The notes under the pieces were generated by a model. The model was not told where the DNA came from. It was given only the letters and a program-made list of their open reading frames with translations, and made no database searches. Shown here in pieces: positions 27,369 to 37,009 of a stretch of 64,000 nucleotides of DNA. This DNA is from Clostridiales bacterium. GTDB lineage: Bacteria > Bacillota > Clostridia > Oscillospirales > Oscillospiraceae. The stretch is from contig DUOX01000015.1 in assembly GCA_012838665.1 (NCBI GenBank), forward strand, positions 29,133 through 93,132. The letters run 5' to 3'. The position numbers were made by a program, and so were the translations under genes. Every line of letters begins with the position of its first letter. The stretch's first letter is position 1.

Positions 27369-28577
27369 ATGCTGATAGTTCAGAAATTCGGCGGCAGCTC
27401 GGTAGCAGACGCTGAAAAAGTATTTCGGGTGGCCGGCATAATTGCCGACACCTACTGCGAAGGCCACGACGTTGTCGTAGTGCTCTCGGCTCAGGGCGAT
27501 ACCACTGATTATCTGCTGGAAAAAGCGGCGGAAGTTAACCCTTCCCCATCAAAAAGGGAACTGGATATCCTGCTCAGTACCGGTGAACAGGTTTCCATAT
27601 CACTCATGGCTATGGCCCTGGAAAAAATGGGACTGCCCGTTGTTTCACTGACGGGGTGGCAAATAGGCCTGAGAACCAATTCCACCTACGGCAACGCCCG
27701 GATAAAGCGCATCTCCCTCGAGAGGCTTCGCCAGGAGCTGGATAAGCGGCGCATCATCCTGGTGGCAGGTTTCCAGGGTATCAACAAATACGACGATATT
27801 ACAACTCTGGGCAGAGGCGGTTCGGATACCACCGCCGTTGCCATAGCAGCCGCACTTCACGCGGACAAATGCCAGATATTCTCCGATGTGGACGGTATCT
27901 ACACCGCTGACCCGCGAAAGGTTACGGGCGCAAGAAAACTCGAGGAGATAACCTACGACGAGATGCTGGAGCTGGCCTCTTTAGGCGCCCAGGTACTCCA
28001 TAACCGGTCGGTGGAATTAGCCAAGAGATATGGAGTGGATTTGGAGGTACTCTCCAGTTATGTCAGAGCCCCGGGGACAAAAGTCAAGGAGGTCGTAAAA
28101 CAAGTGGAAGAAATGAAAATCAGCGGCATCGCAAAGGACAACGACGTAGCCCGCATAACCATTATAGGAGTGCCCGACGAGCCCGGCGTGGCCTTTAAGG
28201 TGTTCCGCGCCCTGGCCAAGGCCAAGATTAACGTGGATATAATTCTCCAGTCGAAGGGCACGAACCACACCACCGATATCAGTTTCACCGTAGCCGAAGG
28301 CGACATGGAAACCGCCCGGAAGATTTTACAGGATTACAAGGAAGTCATAGGCTTCAGCAGCCTGAGCGTTGATAAGAATGTGTCTAAGATCAGCATTGTG
28401 GGCGCCGGGATGATCAGGTCTTCCGGCATTGCCGCCATGATGTTCGAGGCGCTGTATGATTGCAAAATTAACATCCATATGATTTCCACCAGCGAGATTA
28501 AGGTCTCCGTTATTATTGATGAGAACTATTCGGATATGGCGGTCCAGGCCATACACAACAAGTTTTTCGGCAACTGA
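27369..28577 (+). CDS. Aspartate kinase (monofunctional, with two C-terminal ACT domains)
   Basis: 402-aa ORF with VQKFGGSSV and TLGRGGSDTTAVAIAAAL, followed by tandem ACT domains. Confidence 0.95.
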   Translation: MLIVQKFGGSSVADAEKVFRVAGIIADTYCEGHDVVVVLSAQGDTTDYLLEKAAEVNPSPSKRELDILLSTGEQVSISLMAMALEKMGLPVVSLTGWQIGLRTNSTYGNARIKRISLERLRQELDKRRIILVAGFQGINKYDDITTLGRGGSDTTAVAIAAALHADKCQIFSDVDGIYTADPRKVTGARKLEEITYDEMLELASLGAQVLHNRSVELAKRYGVDLEVLSSYVRAPGTKVKEVVKQVEEMKISGIAKDNDVARITIIGVPDEPGVAFKVFRALAKAKINVDIILQSKGTNHTTDISFTVAEGDMETARKILQDYKEVIGFSSLSVDKNVSKISIVGAGMIRSSGIAAMMFEALYDCKINIHMISTSEIKVSVIIDENYSDMAVQAIHNKFFGN

Positions 28578-28605
28578 GTTTTGCCGGTTTGAAAATGCAA
28601 AATAT

Positions 28606-28645
28606 AAGCCCCGTAGCACACGCCTGTGCTACGGGGCTTAAGTTA
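28606..28645. terminator. Stem-loop terminator between convergent aspartate kinase and padR genes
   Basis: 15-bp stem AAGCCCCGTAGCACA / TGTGCTACGGGGCTT. The T-rich tract is better on the minus strand (ATATTTTGCATTTT). Confidence 0.7.
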
Positions 28646-28680
28646 TCTGGACGTAAATTTGAAAAGCGCCGATAAGAGTA

Positions 28681-29241
28681 CTATGACTTTGTTTCCTCGC
28701 ATTTTGTCAGGCGCTTCACCTCGTTAATCCAGTTAATGTAGGCCTGCTCCCTGAAGATGCCGCCCATAATAAGGAGATACTCGTAAAACTCCGGGGTGAA
28801 AAGCACCGGCGGCTCGCCGGAATCCTCCATGGCGTGCAGCTCCTCCTTCAGGTGTTCCAGCCTGCGCCTGCGCTTCGCCAGCTGTCCGTTAATAAGCTCA
28901 GAAACCGCCAGAGTGGACAGGTTTTCCGAAAAATAAAGACGCAGTCGAAAACTATCCTTAGGCACCGGCGGCAGGGGCTCATCCGTCAGCAGCCAGTTAA
29001 GAAGCTCGTTCCGTCCTTTGTCGGTGATGCTGTAAACTTTTTTCTCCAGCTTTTCGCCCTGAATCTCAATCTCGTATTCAATCAGGCCCCCGGAGGCCAG
29101 GCGGTGAAGCTCCGGATAAATCTGGCTGTGTTTTGCCTCCCAAAAGTTCCCTATAGATTCTGTAAAGGCTTTGGTGATATCGTAGCCGGTTCTCGGGCTG
29201 CGGTTTACAAGACCCAAAATCGCATATTTCAGCTCTCTCAA
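28681..29241 (-). CDS. PadR-family transcriptional regulator with C-terminal extension
   Basis: 186-aa ORF with a winged-helix PadR motif (LKYAILGLV...PRTGYDI......W....SQIYPELHRL...GLI). Confidence 0.85.
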   Translation of the reverse strand: MRELKYAILGLVNRSPRTGYDITKAFTESIGNFWEAKHSQIYPELHRLASGGLIEYEIEIQGEKLEKKVYSITDKGRNELLNWLLTDEPLPPVPKDSFRLRLYFSENLSTLAVSELINGQLAKRRRRLEHLKEELHAMEDSGEPPVLFTPEFYEYLLIMGGIFREQAYINWINEVKRLTKCEETKS

Positions 29242-29304
29242 GACTATGCACCCCCTATTATTCTTCCTTGCCCCCTAAAAGCAATATGTAGCCGATAAGT
29301 TATT

Positions 29305-29362
29305 GTAAAAAAGACATTTGCCGCACCGGGAAAGGCAAATAAAGTCCTTCACGGTGCGGCAA
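29305..29362 (-). terminator. Rho-independent terminator after ruvX
   Basis: 11-bp stem TTGCCGCACCG (29318-29328) / CGGTGCGGCAA (29352-29362). On the minus strand it is followed by ATGTCTTTTTT. Confidence 0.6.
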
Positions 29363-29369
29363 TCAATTT

Positions 29370-29777
29370 TTACAAGCTACCGAGATAGCCTTCCAAAATC
29401 AGCTGGGCGGCCACGGCATCAACTTTATCCTTATGGTTTTTCCTTCGATTCCCGCACTCGCTGAGGATACGATGGGCATCCACGGTGGTGCGGCGTTCAT
29501 CCCAAAGCACCACCTCAAGCCCGGTGACGCCGCGGAGCTTTTCAGCTAATTCCATGCTCTTTTGAGCCCTGGGGCCCAGGCTTCCGTCCATATTTTTGGG
29601 CAGGCCCAGCACAAGGCGGCCCACCTGGCGGGAGCGGGCTTCCTCCCCAATCCGCCTGGCGGCCTCGTCCATATTCCATTCAGCCATGGTCCAGGCCTCG
29701 CCGCAAATAGTGGCGGATAAATCCGACACGGCAAGGCCTATGCGGGCGTCGCCATAGTCAATTGCCATAATACGCAT
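29370..29777 (-). CDS. ruvX: Holliday junction resolvase-like / pre-16S rRNA nuclease RuvX (YqgF)
   Basis: 135-aa ORF with the MAIDYGDARIGLAVSD motif and the conserved DER.T. Confidence 0.95.
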   Translation of the reverse strand: MRIMAIDYGDARIGLAVSDLSATICGEAWTMAEWNMDEAARRIGEEARSRQVGRLVLGLPKNMDGSLGPRAQKSMELAEKLRGVTGLEVVLWDERRTTVDAHRILSECGNRRKNHKDKVDAVAAQLILEGYLGSL

Positions 29778-29789
29778 AATCTTCTCCTG

Positions 29790-30302
29790 TCAGGCAATTC
29801 CCGTTTTCCTAAGGGCCCCCGCCAATTTAACCAATATGGGAATTACAATAAACTGGATAACTATCATGGCTCCGCACTGGGGCAGCCGGGTAATGACCCT
29901 TGCGAAATAAGGAACCCCCTGGGCAAGAGCCAGCCAATAGCTGGTTAGCCCCAGGCTTATCACAACGCAGTTAATCAGAACGGCGACAATGATATGGGGG
30001 AAAAACCGCACGCCTTCCCCATGCAGGAAAACGCCGAAAACCAGCCCGGTCAAAAACGCCGACAGGGTTATCCCCGGGAAAAACCCGTATGAAAACAGGA
30101 CAGCACCGAGTATGTCCGCCACCGCATATGCCGCGGCCGCCCAGATTGGCCCGAACAGCATGCCGCACAGGGCCATGGGCACAAAGCCGAAGCCTATCCT
30201 GATACTTTCGGTATTTATGGATAGAAAACGGCTGAGTATTATCTCCAAGGCAATAAGCATGGCTACACGGGTGAGCACGTGCAGGCTAAAATTAGTTTTC
30301 AT
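29790..30302 (-). CDS. folT: ECF transporter S component, folate family (FolT)
   Basis: 170-aa six-TM ORF with a FolT-like N-terminus (LTRVAMLIALEIILSRF). It lies directly downstream of a THF riboswitch. Confidence 0.85.
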   Translation of the reverse strand: MKTNFSLHVLTRVAMLIALEIILSRFLSINTESIRIGFGFVPMALCGMLFGPIWAAAAYAVADILGAVLFSYGFFPGITLSAFLTGLVFGVFLHGEGVRFFPHIIVAVLINCVVISLGLTSYWLALAQGVPYFARVITRLPQCGAMIVIQFIVIPILVKLAGALRKTGIA

Positions 30303-30353
30303 GATTGACTCCTTTCGTGGTATGGTGCCACAAAAGGAGCTGCGCTCCTATGT

Positions 30354-30480
30354 GGCAGCGGATGCGGAAACGGCATCGCACCCAATACGCCATAAGGCGG
30401 CCTGCCTTATAACAGAATTGGGTTTCGTCTGATGGCAACTTCCCATCCATCAGCACTTAACGCACCGTTCCTACTCTGTC
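30354..30480 (-). promoter_or_regulatory. THF (tetrahydrofolate, folT-motif) riboswitch
   Basis: The minus-strand RNA carries the core blocks AGAGUAG, GCGUUAAGUG, AUGGGAAGU, ACGAA and GCAUCCGCU in the order I recall from the published Eubacterium siraeum aptamer. The helix UGAUGG/CCAUCA is compensatory. A GGAGC-GCA-GCUCC+UUUU hairpin follows at 30336-30348. Confidence 0.85.
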
Positions 30481-30591
30481 AACTCTTCGTTACCTTCCCA
30501 AGGTTTTGCTGAAGCGAGCGCATATCACCTCTTTTCGGGTTTCATAAAGTATCGAGCCGGGGATCATAACAGGGCCGCTCCTGCCTGAAAA

Positions 30592-31860
30592 CTATGTCAG
30601 GCCGAAATATGACCTGGTCTCCCCCGCCATGTACAGGGAACCTACGGAGCAGACCACCCCGTCGGCTCCTGCCGCGCTGACGGCGGTTTCAATCCCCTCT
30701 TTAATACTGGAACATGCCGTTACCGGCTTGCCATACTTCTCCAGCACTTTTGCCAGCTTCGCCGCCGGAAGGGCCCGTGGGTTGCTGGGAGCCACGGCAA
30801 CGAAACCGTTGGCCGCTGGGGCTAAAATATCCATCATTTGGGTATAATCCTTGTCCGACAGTACCCCCACCAGCAGTATGGTGCGCATTTGGGGAAAGTA
30901 ATTCTTCAGATTTGCCGCCACAGTCTCGGCTCCCTGGGGGTTATGGCCCCCGTCAACCACAAACCAGGGGTCCCTGGATACTATCTCAAATCTGGCGGGC
31001 CACCGTGCCTCCGCCAGACCGTGGCTTAAGGCGCCGCCGGAAATGTTCCAGCCGTTTTCCCTCAGTACTTCCACAACCTCCAAAACAAGGACGGCATTTT
31101 TCAGCTGGTTTTCTCCCGAAAGGGAAATCCGCAGCTCCCCGGAATCCTTGTAGCTAAAAACCTGCCCTTCGCGGCTGTCGGAGGTTATCCTGATTCTTGA
31201 AAAATCCGCTATGCGCAGCTCCGAATTGCGCTGGCGGCAAACCTCCGTTACCACCTGTGTAACCTCCGGGGTCTGCTCATACAGCACCGTTGGCCGGCCA
31301 GGTTTGATTATTCCAGCTTTCTCCGCGGCAATAAGAGACAAAGTCCCGCCCAGCTCTTTGGTATGATCCAGGCCTATATTTGTGATGACGGAGCATTCGG
31401 GGCTTTCGATTACATTGGTGGAATCCAACCTGCCTCCCATACCCACCTCCAGCGCCACAATGTCGCACTGCTTTTGGGCGAACCATTCAAAGGCGAAGGC
31501 AGTAACCAGTTCAAATTCAGTGGGGCTGTCTTCCAAAGCCAGAACATGGGGCTTTATTTTATCTGTTATTTCCATTAACTCATTGTCGGGTATAGGCCGG
31601 CCGTCTACCTGCATGCGTTCGTTGAACCGGTACAGATAGGGAGATGTATACAATCCGGTGCGGTAGCCCGCATGAGTCAGCACCGAAGCCAACATTGCAG
31701 ACACCGAGCCCTTGCCGTTGGTGCCGGCAACATGCACGAAAGCACATTTTCTGTGGGGGTCGCCAATTTTATGGAGCAACTGACGGGTTCTGGACAGCCC
31801 CGGCTTGGAACCCACCCACTTCTCATTGTGTATAAAATCAAGGGTTTCCTGTATGGTCAT
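30592..31860 (-). CDS. folC: Bifunctional folylpolyglutamate synthase / dihydrofolate synthase
   Basis: Start taken at MTIQETLDFI (ATG at 31860, AAGGAAG SD) rather than the track start 31968. Mur-ligase P-loop VAGTNGKGS, and a FolC-like N-terminus (PGLSRTRQLL). Confidence 0.9.
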   Translation of the reverse strand: MTIQETLDFIHNEKWVGSKPGLSRTRQLLHKIGDPHRKCAFVHVAGTNGKGSVSAMLASVLTHAGYRTGLYTSPYLYRFNERMQVDGRPIPDNELMEITDKIKPHVLALEDSPTEFELVTAFAFEWFAQKQCDIVALEVGMGGRLDSTNVIESPECSVITNIGLDHTKELGGTLSLIAAEKAGIIKPGRPTVLYEQTPEVTQVVTEVCRQRNSELRIADFSRIRITSDSREGQVFSYKDSGELRISLSGENQLKNAVLVLEVVEVLRENGWNISGGALSHGLAEARWPARFEIVSRDPWFVVDGGHNPQGAETVAANLKNYFPQMRTILLVGVLSDKDYTQMMDILAPAANGFVAVAPSNPRALPAAKLAKVLEKYGKPVTACSSIKEGIETAVSAAGADGVVCSVGSLYMAGETRSYFGLT

Positions 31861-32046
31861 CCCCTGTTTCACTTCCTTAATATATCCTGCAGTTCCAATA
31901 TGGTTTAGTATAGCACCAGGTTCAACAAAGTGCAATAAAATAATGGTTTTTCGAACATATATGTCCAATCGCAGCTGCAGTCAGATGTATTCTCGGCAAA
32001 GCCAGCATGCATTATACAAAATAATATAATAAGCACCAAAAAACTA

Positions 32047-32075
32047 TTGACCGCATTTCCGGACTGTGATATAGT
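32047..32075 (+). promoter_or_regulatory. Putative sigma-A promoter of rpmG-secE-nusG
   Basis: TTGACC (32047-32052), 17-nt spacer, TATAGT (32070-32075) with an extended -10 TG (32067-32068). The leader before rpmG is about 130 nt. Confidence 0.6.
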
Positions 32076-32211
32076 ACAAGATACCTGTCGGCCGAGAGGT
32101 CTTGTTTTTGTGCGCAAATTTTATAGCTATCCGCACAAAGCAGGCCGACACGGACCATACAGGGAGGCAAACAAGCGCCCTTGAGGCGTAAATCAACAAG
32201 GAGGTGCCGAA

Positions 32212-32361
32212 ATGCGAGTAAGAGTTACCCTGAGATGTAATGAATGCAAGCAGAGGAACTACAATACTATGAAGAACAAGAAGAACACTCCGGATCGTCT
32301 TGAAATGAACAAGTATTGCCGTTTCTGCCGCAAGCACACTTTACACAGTGAAACAAAGTAA
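32212..32361 (+). CDS. rpmG: 50S ribosomal protein L33
   Basis: 49-aa ORF absent from the track: [49 protein letters not shown]. It has a zinc-ribbon CxxC..CxxC, an AAGGAGG SD, and the canonical position before secE. Confidence 0.95.
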   Translation: MRVRVTLRCNECKQRNYNTMKNKKNTPDRLEMNKYCRFCRKHTLHSETK

Positions 32362-32385
32362 GGCTTTCAGAAAGGATGTGCGATA

Positions 32386-32664
32386 ATGGCAAGTGAAGAA
32401 AAGAAGACTCAGGGTCCTGCAAAACAAGCCAAGTCTGCAGTCAAGAAAGCCGATACTAAAAAAGTTGGTTTTTTCAAGCGAATCGGCAAATGGTTCCGCG
32501 AAATGAAGAGCGAGCTTAAAAAGGTCATATGGCCCACCCCCAAGCAGACTTTCAACAACACTGTGATTGCTTTGGTAGTCATGCTTGTTTCCGCAATAGT
32601 CATTTGGGGCTTTGACAGCCTGGCCCAGACCGCAGTCAGCGCGCTCATAAGCATAGCAGGTTAG
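32386..32664 (+). CDS. secE: Preprotein translocase subunit SecE
   Basis: 92-aa ORF with a basic N-terminus, the E.K.V.WP motif (ELKKVIWPTPKQ) and a single C-terminal TM. Confidence 0.9.
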   Translation: MASEEKKTQGPAKQAKSAVKKADTKKVGFFKRIGKWFREMKSELKKVIWPTPKQTFNNTVIALVVMLVSAIVIWGFDSLAQTAVSALISIAG

Positions 32665-32670
32665 ACAGCC

Positions 32671-33195
32671 ATGATAGAAAACGCTAAGTGGTATGTAGTC
32701 CACACATACTCAGGCTACGAGAATACTGTTGCGGCCTCCATTATGAAGGCTGCCGAGAATATGAAAATGCAGGATCTCATCCATGAGGTCAATATCCCCA
32801 TGGAAACTATCACCGAACATACGGACTCAGGTGCAAAAACAAAGGTGCACAAAGTTTTCCCGGGCTATGTCCTGGTTAAGATGATTATGACCGACGAGAG
32901 CTGGCATCTGGTTCGTAATGTCCGTGGCGTCACCGGCTTTGTGGGCAGCGGCGGGAAACCCATCCCCCTTACAGAACAGGAAATCATTGACCTCGGCGTG
33001 GAACGCCACGAAGTCGTTGTGGGCTTTGACGTTGGCGATACGGTTAGAGTCATGGACGGACCTCTGGAGGGATTTTTGGGTACTGTAGACGAACTTGAAG
33101 CAGCTAAAGATCGGGTTCGGGTAATCGTCTCCATGTTTGGCAGGGAGACTCCCGTAGATTTGGAACTAAACCAGGTAGAACCCGTATTGGATTAA
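32671..33195 (+). CDS. nusG: Transcription termination/antitermination factor NusG
   Basis: 174-aa ORF with WYVVHTYSGYEN, FPGYVLVKM and a KOW motif (GDTVRVMDGPLEGFLGTV). Confidence 0.95.
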   Translation: MIENAKWYVVHTYSGYENTVAASIMKAAENMKMQDLIHEVNIPMETITEHTDSGAKTKVHKVFPGYVLVKMIMTDESWHLVRNVRGVTGFVGSGGKPIPLTEQEIIDLGVERHEVVVGFDVGDTVRVMDGPLEGFLGTVDELEAAKDRVRVIVSMFGRETPVDLELNQVEPVLD

Positions 33196-33315
33196 CGAAT
33201 TATAAATAATTTGTGTTGCGGTCTGCCTGCAGACAAGTCGCAGCACGCGCATGGTGGCCTTCTGTGTTCGGCCACCCTGTGATTTGAAGGTTTACGAAAG
33301 GAATGGTCATAACAA

Positions 33316-33741
33316 ATGGCACAAAAAATAATTGGATATGTTAAATTCCAGGTCCAGGCGGGCAAAGCAACTCCCGCTCCCCCCGTGGGCCCCGCCCTTG
33401 GCCAGTATGGTATTAATATAGGCAAATTTACCAAAGAATTTAACGAACGCACCAAGAACGACATAGGCATGATGATCCCCGTGGTCATCACCGTATATGC
33501 AGACCGCAGTTTTTCATTTATTACCAAGACGCCCCCTGCGTCCCTTCTCATAAAGAAGGCCTGCGGCATTGAGACAGGCTCCGGTGTTCCCAATAAGAAT
33601 AAGGTTGCCACTATCAGCCGGGAAGATCTGCGCAAGATTGCCGAGCAGAAGATGCCCGACCTCAACTGCACCGATATAGAGGCAGCAATGAGGATGATTG
33701 CCGGTACCTGCCGGAGCATGGGCGTCGTCGTCGCCGATTAA
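33316..33741 (+). CDS. rplK: 50S ribosomal protein L11
   Basis: 141-aa ORF with [26 protein letters not shown]. Confidence 0.97.
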   Translation: MAQKIIGYVKFQVQAGKATPAPPVGPALGQYGINIGKFTKEFNERTKNDIGMMIPVVITVYADRSFSFITKTPPASLLIKKACGIETGSGVPNKNKVATISREDLRKIAEQKMPDLNCTDIEAAMRMIAGTCRSMGVVVAD

Positions 33742-33807
33742 CAGCAGCGCCCTTATCGTGGGAGGATACTCCATCCGACGAACCACATAACAAGGAGGAT
33801 AAACTAA

Positions 33808-34500
33808 GTGTTTAGAGGTAAAAACTATAAAGAAAGCGTAAAGCTTATAGATAGGCAAAATCTTTATGACCCCCTGGAGGCTTTTGATCTGGTTATAAAG
33901 GCCAGCAAGGCCAAATTTGACGAGACCGTTGAGCTCCATGTCAAACTGGGTGTTGACTCCCGTCACGCCGACCAGCAGGTACGCGGAGCAATCGTACTGC
34001 CCCACGGCACCGGTAAAACCCGCCGCGTTCTTGCTTTCTGCAAGGATGAGCGTGTTCAGGAAGCCCTGGATGCAGGTGCCGATTACGCCGGCGGACAGGA
34101 TCTGGTCCAGAAAATCCAGAACGAAAACTGGTTTGACTTTGACGTTGTCATAGCTACCCCCGACATGATGGGCATCGTTGGCCGTTTGGGTAAGATTCTG
34201 GGCCCCAAGGGCCTGATGCCTACCCCCAAGGCAGGCACTGTCACCCCTGACCTGGCCAAGGGAATCGCCGAGATTAAGGCAGGCAAAATCGAATACCGCC
34301 TGGATAAGACCAACATAATTCACTGCCCCATCGGCAAGGTCAGCTTCGGCGCTCAAAAGCTCTATGAGAACTATCAGGCTCTCATCGATGCGATTATAAA
34401 GTCAAAACCCGCCGCAACCAAAGGCCAGTATATTAGAAGCTGCGTTACCTCTTCTACAATGGGACCCGGCATAAAAATAAACGCCAACAAACCGAGCTAA
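33808..34500 (+). CDS. rplA: 50S ribosomal protein L1
   Basis: 230-aa ORF with a GTG start, [12 protein letters not shown] and [19 protein letters not shown]. Confidence 0.95.
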   Translation: MFRGKNYKESVKLIDRQNLYDPLEAFDLVIKASKAKFDETVELHVKLGVDSRHADQQVRGAIVLPHGTGKTRRVLAFCKDERVQEALDAGADYAGGQDLVQKIQNENWFDFDVVIATPDMMGIVGRLGKILGPKGLMPTPKAGTVTPDLAKGIAEIKAGKIEYRLDKTNIIHCPIGKVSFGAQKLYENYQALIDAIIKSKPAATKGQYIRSCVTSSTMGPGIKINANKPS

Positions 34501-34507
34501 TCAGTAT

Positions 34508-34557
34508 AAAACCACACCCCAGTCGTTCTTAAAAGCACGACTGGGGTGTGGTTTTTA
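34508..34557 (+). terminator. Strong rho-independent terminator after rplA
   Basis: 17-bp stem AAACCACACCCCAGTCG / CGACTGGGGTGTGGTTT, followed by TTT. Confidence 0.85.
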
Positions 34558-34619
34558 ATAAGTATGTGGGTCTATTGGAAGAAGGAAAAAGGCGGGATAA
34601 CATGCTTTTTTGTCTAGTT

Positions 34620-35624
34620 CTAAAGCAAAGCGGCTTTCAAGGCCTCACCCAATCGCTGGGCGACATCAACGCTTGATGTCTGAATCTCAACATTCAAACC
34701 CTGGGGAGAAGTAAGTTTAATATTTCCGTACAGGCAAACCGGAAGCAGCCTGTTGTTTTTATAACGCTTATCCGGCGCCCCATTCTTATTAACATACTGC
34801 CACCTCTGGTCTACGATTATTGCGCCTTTTGGGATGCATTCCTCCTCGATAAACCTTGTTTGGCCGATTGAAATATTCAGCTTATCGTAATCCAGGACAC
34901 CCATCTGTTTTTTTCTGACAATAAGCATTCTGTCCGGCAATATCAAAATTGTTTCCATTTTCAATGGCAAAACAACAGGGGGTACATTGGTGTGTATATA
35001 CCAGGGTGACTTGCGGGAGAGCCTAATCAAAGCGCGGTTCACTTTCCGACCTGCGCCGACGTTTGCTTTCCTGTTGGAAACCGAGGCTTCCTGTGTGATT
35101 TGCCAGGTTTTGGGGCTCTCGTTTAAAATTAACCAGGCAGCGACTTTGCGATTATAATCTTCTTCCATGTCGTCTTCGAAGGAATATGTCAAATCAAGCC
35201 GGTACTTTGTGCGGAGAAGAACTTTAAGCACGGCTCCCGCTATGGGAAGTATAAACAGCGGCGGTATGATTATAAAACAAAGCAGAATATTGCTGATGGT
35301 ATTTAAGCGCACTAGTTTCCCGTACATTTCAATAAGTTCAGTATGCTCGGTAGCCTGAAACCGCTCAATCTCCGCACTTTCAATGTCACGTATCGCTTCG
35401 GCGCTTTCATTATGGGGAGCTTGCGTCCTGCGCTTTGTCCCGCCGGAACTTTCAACATATGATATGCCCGTTCCCGGGAGAGAATATGTTTTCCGGGTGC
35501 CGCCCCTGCTGGGTTTAGTCACCCTATAACCGGGAACTCCCCAGCTGTACCCTACTCCCGACTTGCTCAGATTAATTCTAAAGGCACAGCCAAGGTTAAT
35601 GCTCTTTCTATACCTGAAACCCAT
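34620..35624 (-). CDS. DUF4236-domain membrane protein with uncharacterised C-terminal domain
   Basis: 334-aa ORF. The N-terminus MGFRYRKSINLG..FRINLSKSGVGYSWGVPGYRVT....G.....SLPGTGISY matches the DUF4236 pattern. A central TM segment (ILLCFIIIPPLFILPIAGAVL) is followed by a C-terminal domain of about 170 aa with no recognisable motif. Confidence 0.7.
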   Translation of the reverse strand: MGFRYRKSINLGCAFRINLSKSGVGYSWGVPGYRVTKPSRGGTRKTYSLPGTGISYVESSGGTKRRTQAPHNESAEAIRDIESAEIERFQATEHTELIEMYGKLVRLNTISNILLCFIIIPPLFILPIAGAVLKVLLRTKYRLDLTYSFEDDMEEDYNRKVAAWLILNESPKTWQITQEASVSNRKANVGAGRKVNRALIRLSRKSPWYIHTNVPPVVLPLKMETILILPDRMLIVRKKQMGVLDYDKLNISIGQTRFIEEECIPKGAIIVDQRWQYVNKNGAPDKRYKNNRLLPVCLYGNIKLTSPQGLNVEIQTSSVDVAQRLGEALKAALL

Positions 35625-35808
35625 ATCAACACCCCCGGTTATTGTGATAATAAAATATATCCCAGTATACTCCCCAAAAGACCTGACTTCAAGGATTATC
35701 GTTGGTTTGCTTACCCGGCTTTTCAGGCATTAAAATGGCAGGAAAACCCGCCCCTTTTTGAAAACGACAAATTGCCGGGCACTTTAAATCGATAAAAGCC
35801 TGCGTTAA

Positions 35809-36810
35809 CTAAGAAATATACAGTATTGGCATCGTACCCAGTTTGTCTGCCAATTCCTGACGAAAAAAGGCCTCGGCTTCTTCGCGCAAATCATTTCGGT
35901 AGCTGTATTTGCCGCGCCCGCGCCCCACCATGGCCTCCCTGTCGTAGAGCTGCACGGCTCCGGGAAAGGCCTCTTTATTGATGGCGTTATGCACGAAGCT
36001 GTAGGTCATCAATATTATCTCAATAAAACCCGTTTTCCTGACCTTTTCACTGAGTTCATCGGCAAGCTGCGCTATCAGTTCACTGTACTGCCGTTTCCAG
36101 TCCTTAAGCAGAATTACCGGCGCTATCAACAGCCCCACCGGGTACCCTGCTTCCGCCACGTTGTTCAAGGCCTGAATACGGGAGTGCAAGGGCGAGGTGC
36201 CAAGCTCTATGCGGCGAATGATATCCTGAGGGTTTACGCTCATTCGGAATATTGTCTTACCCCCGTGTTCAAGATTAAGCAAGGGCTCGACCATATCAAA
36301 TTTCGTCGGAAAAGTTAAATGCCCCCTGCCTTCCCGCCCAAAGCGCTCAATAGTATAGCGCAGATTGTTCGTTACCATGTTTTCCAGCACCAAATCGCTG
36401 TTGCTGCCAATCTCAAAGCATTGGGGCACAGTGGCGGCATTTGCCTTTTTAAGCAGCCTGTCCATCATCTGCTCACGGTTTACAAACAGCCGAAGATAGG
36501 AGCATTTGTTGAAATTGCATACCAAATAGCAGTACAGGCACATAGCCCTGCAGCCTGAAGACGTAAACGGCACAAGCCAGTCGGAAACCTTATGGTTCGG
36601 CACGTATTTGTGCGTCTTTCTCACTCCAATGATGAGAAGGCTTTTTAACTTTGGAAATCCCCGGTTTTCCGCTGCCGTCAGTTCCGGTATATAGTTATGG
36701 TTTTCAATTTCAACCCAGGGCAGGTCCGCATATTTTGTTCTGAGCATTTTTCCCAGCTCGTAGTTAAGCGTATTCGGCTCGTAATACACGGTCTCAAAGC
36801 GCAACTGCAT
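35809..36810 (-). CDS. splB: Spore photoproduct lyase (radical SAM)
   Basis: 333-aa ORF with a radical-SAM CxxxCxxC motif (CRAMCLYC) in an SplB-like context. The N-terminus (FETVYYEPNTLNYELG) is typical. Confidence 0.85.
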   Translation of the reverse strand: MQLRFETVYYEPNTLNYELGKMLRTKYADLPWVEIENHNYIPELTAAENRGFPKLKSLLIIGVRKTHKYVPNHKVSDWLVPFTSSGCRAMCLYCYLVCNFNKCSYLRLFVNREQMMDRLLKKANAATVPQCFEIGSNSDLVLENMVTNNLRYTIERFGREGRGHLTFPTKFDMVEPLLNLEHGGKTIFRMSVNPQDIIRRIELGTSPLHSRIQALNNVAEAGYPVGLLIAPVILLKDWKRQYSELIAQLADELSEKVRKTGFIEIILMTYSFVHNAINKEAFPGAVQLYDREAMVGRGRGKYSYRNDLREEAEAFFRQELADKLGTMPILYIS

Positions 36811-36932
36811 TTTTATCTCTCCTTACGGCCTGCATTAAGCTCAAATGACAATGCTATGATAGTATGCTTGCCTGGCTTTTTTATTATCCTTATAAGCCTT
36901 TAACTTCGTATAATATTTACTGTAAGGAGCCC

Positions 36933-36972
36933 CATAAAATAGGCCCGCGCCAAAACAGTTTGGTACGGGCCT
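36933..36972 (-). terminator. Possible terminator after the FapA-like gene
   Basis: Stem AGGCCCG (36941-36947) / CGGGCCT (36966-36972). On the minus strand it is followed by ATTTTATG. Confidence 0.45.
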
Positions 36973-37009
36973 TTACTAAAAACATTATATTTTCATTTTT
37001 TAACCTAAC

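Noticed and set aside
33196-33315. Hairpins in the nusG-rplK spacer (GTCTGC-CT-GCAGAC, and GGTGGCC...GGCCACC) as a possible L1-binding autoregulatory leader.
   Set aside because: This is plausible by analogy with L11-operon regulation in E. coli. However, I cannot match the sequence to the 23S rRNA L1-binding site or to a defined leader family by eye. It is left unannotated.
36811-36900. Forespore (sigma-G-type) promoter upstream of splB.
   Set aside because: GCATA and CATTTGA-like elements are present on the minus strand. The spacing (about 15 nt) does not fit the consensus as I recall it, so the evidence is insufficient.
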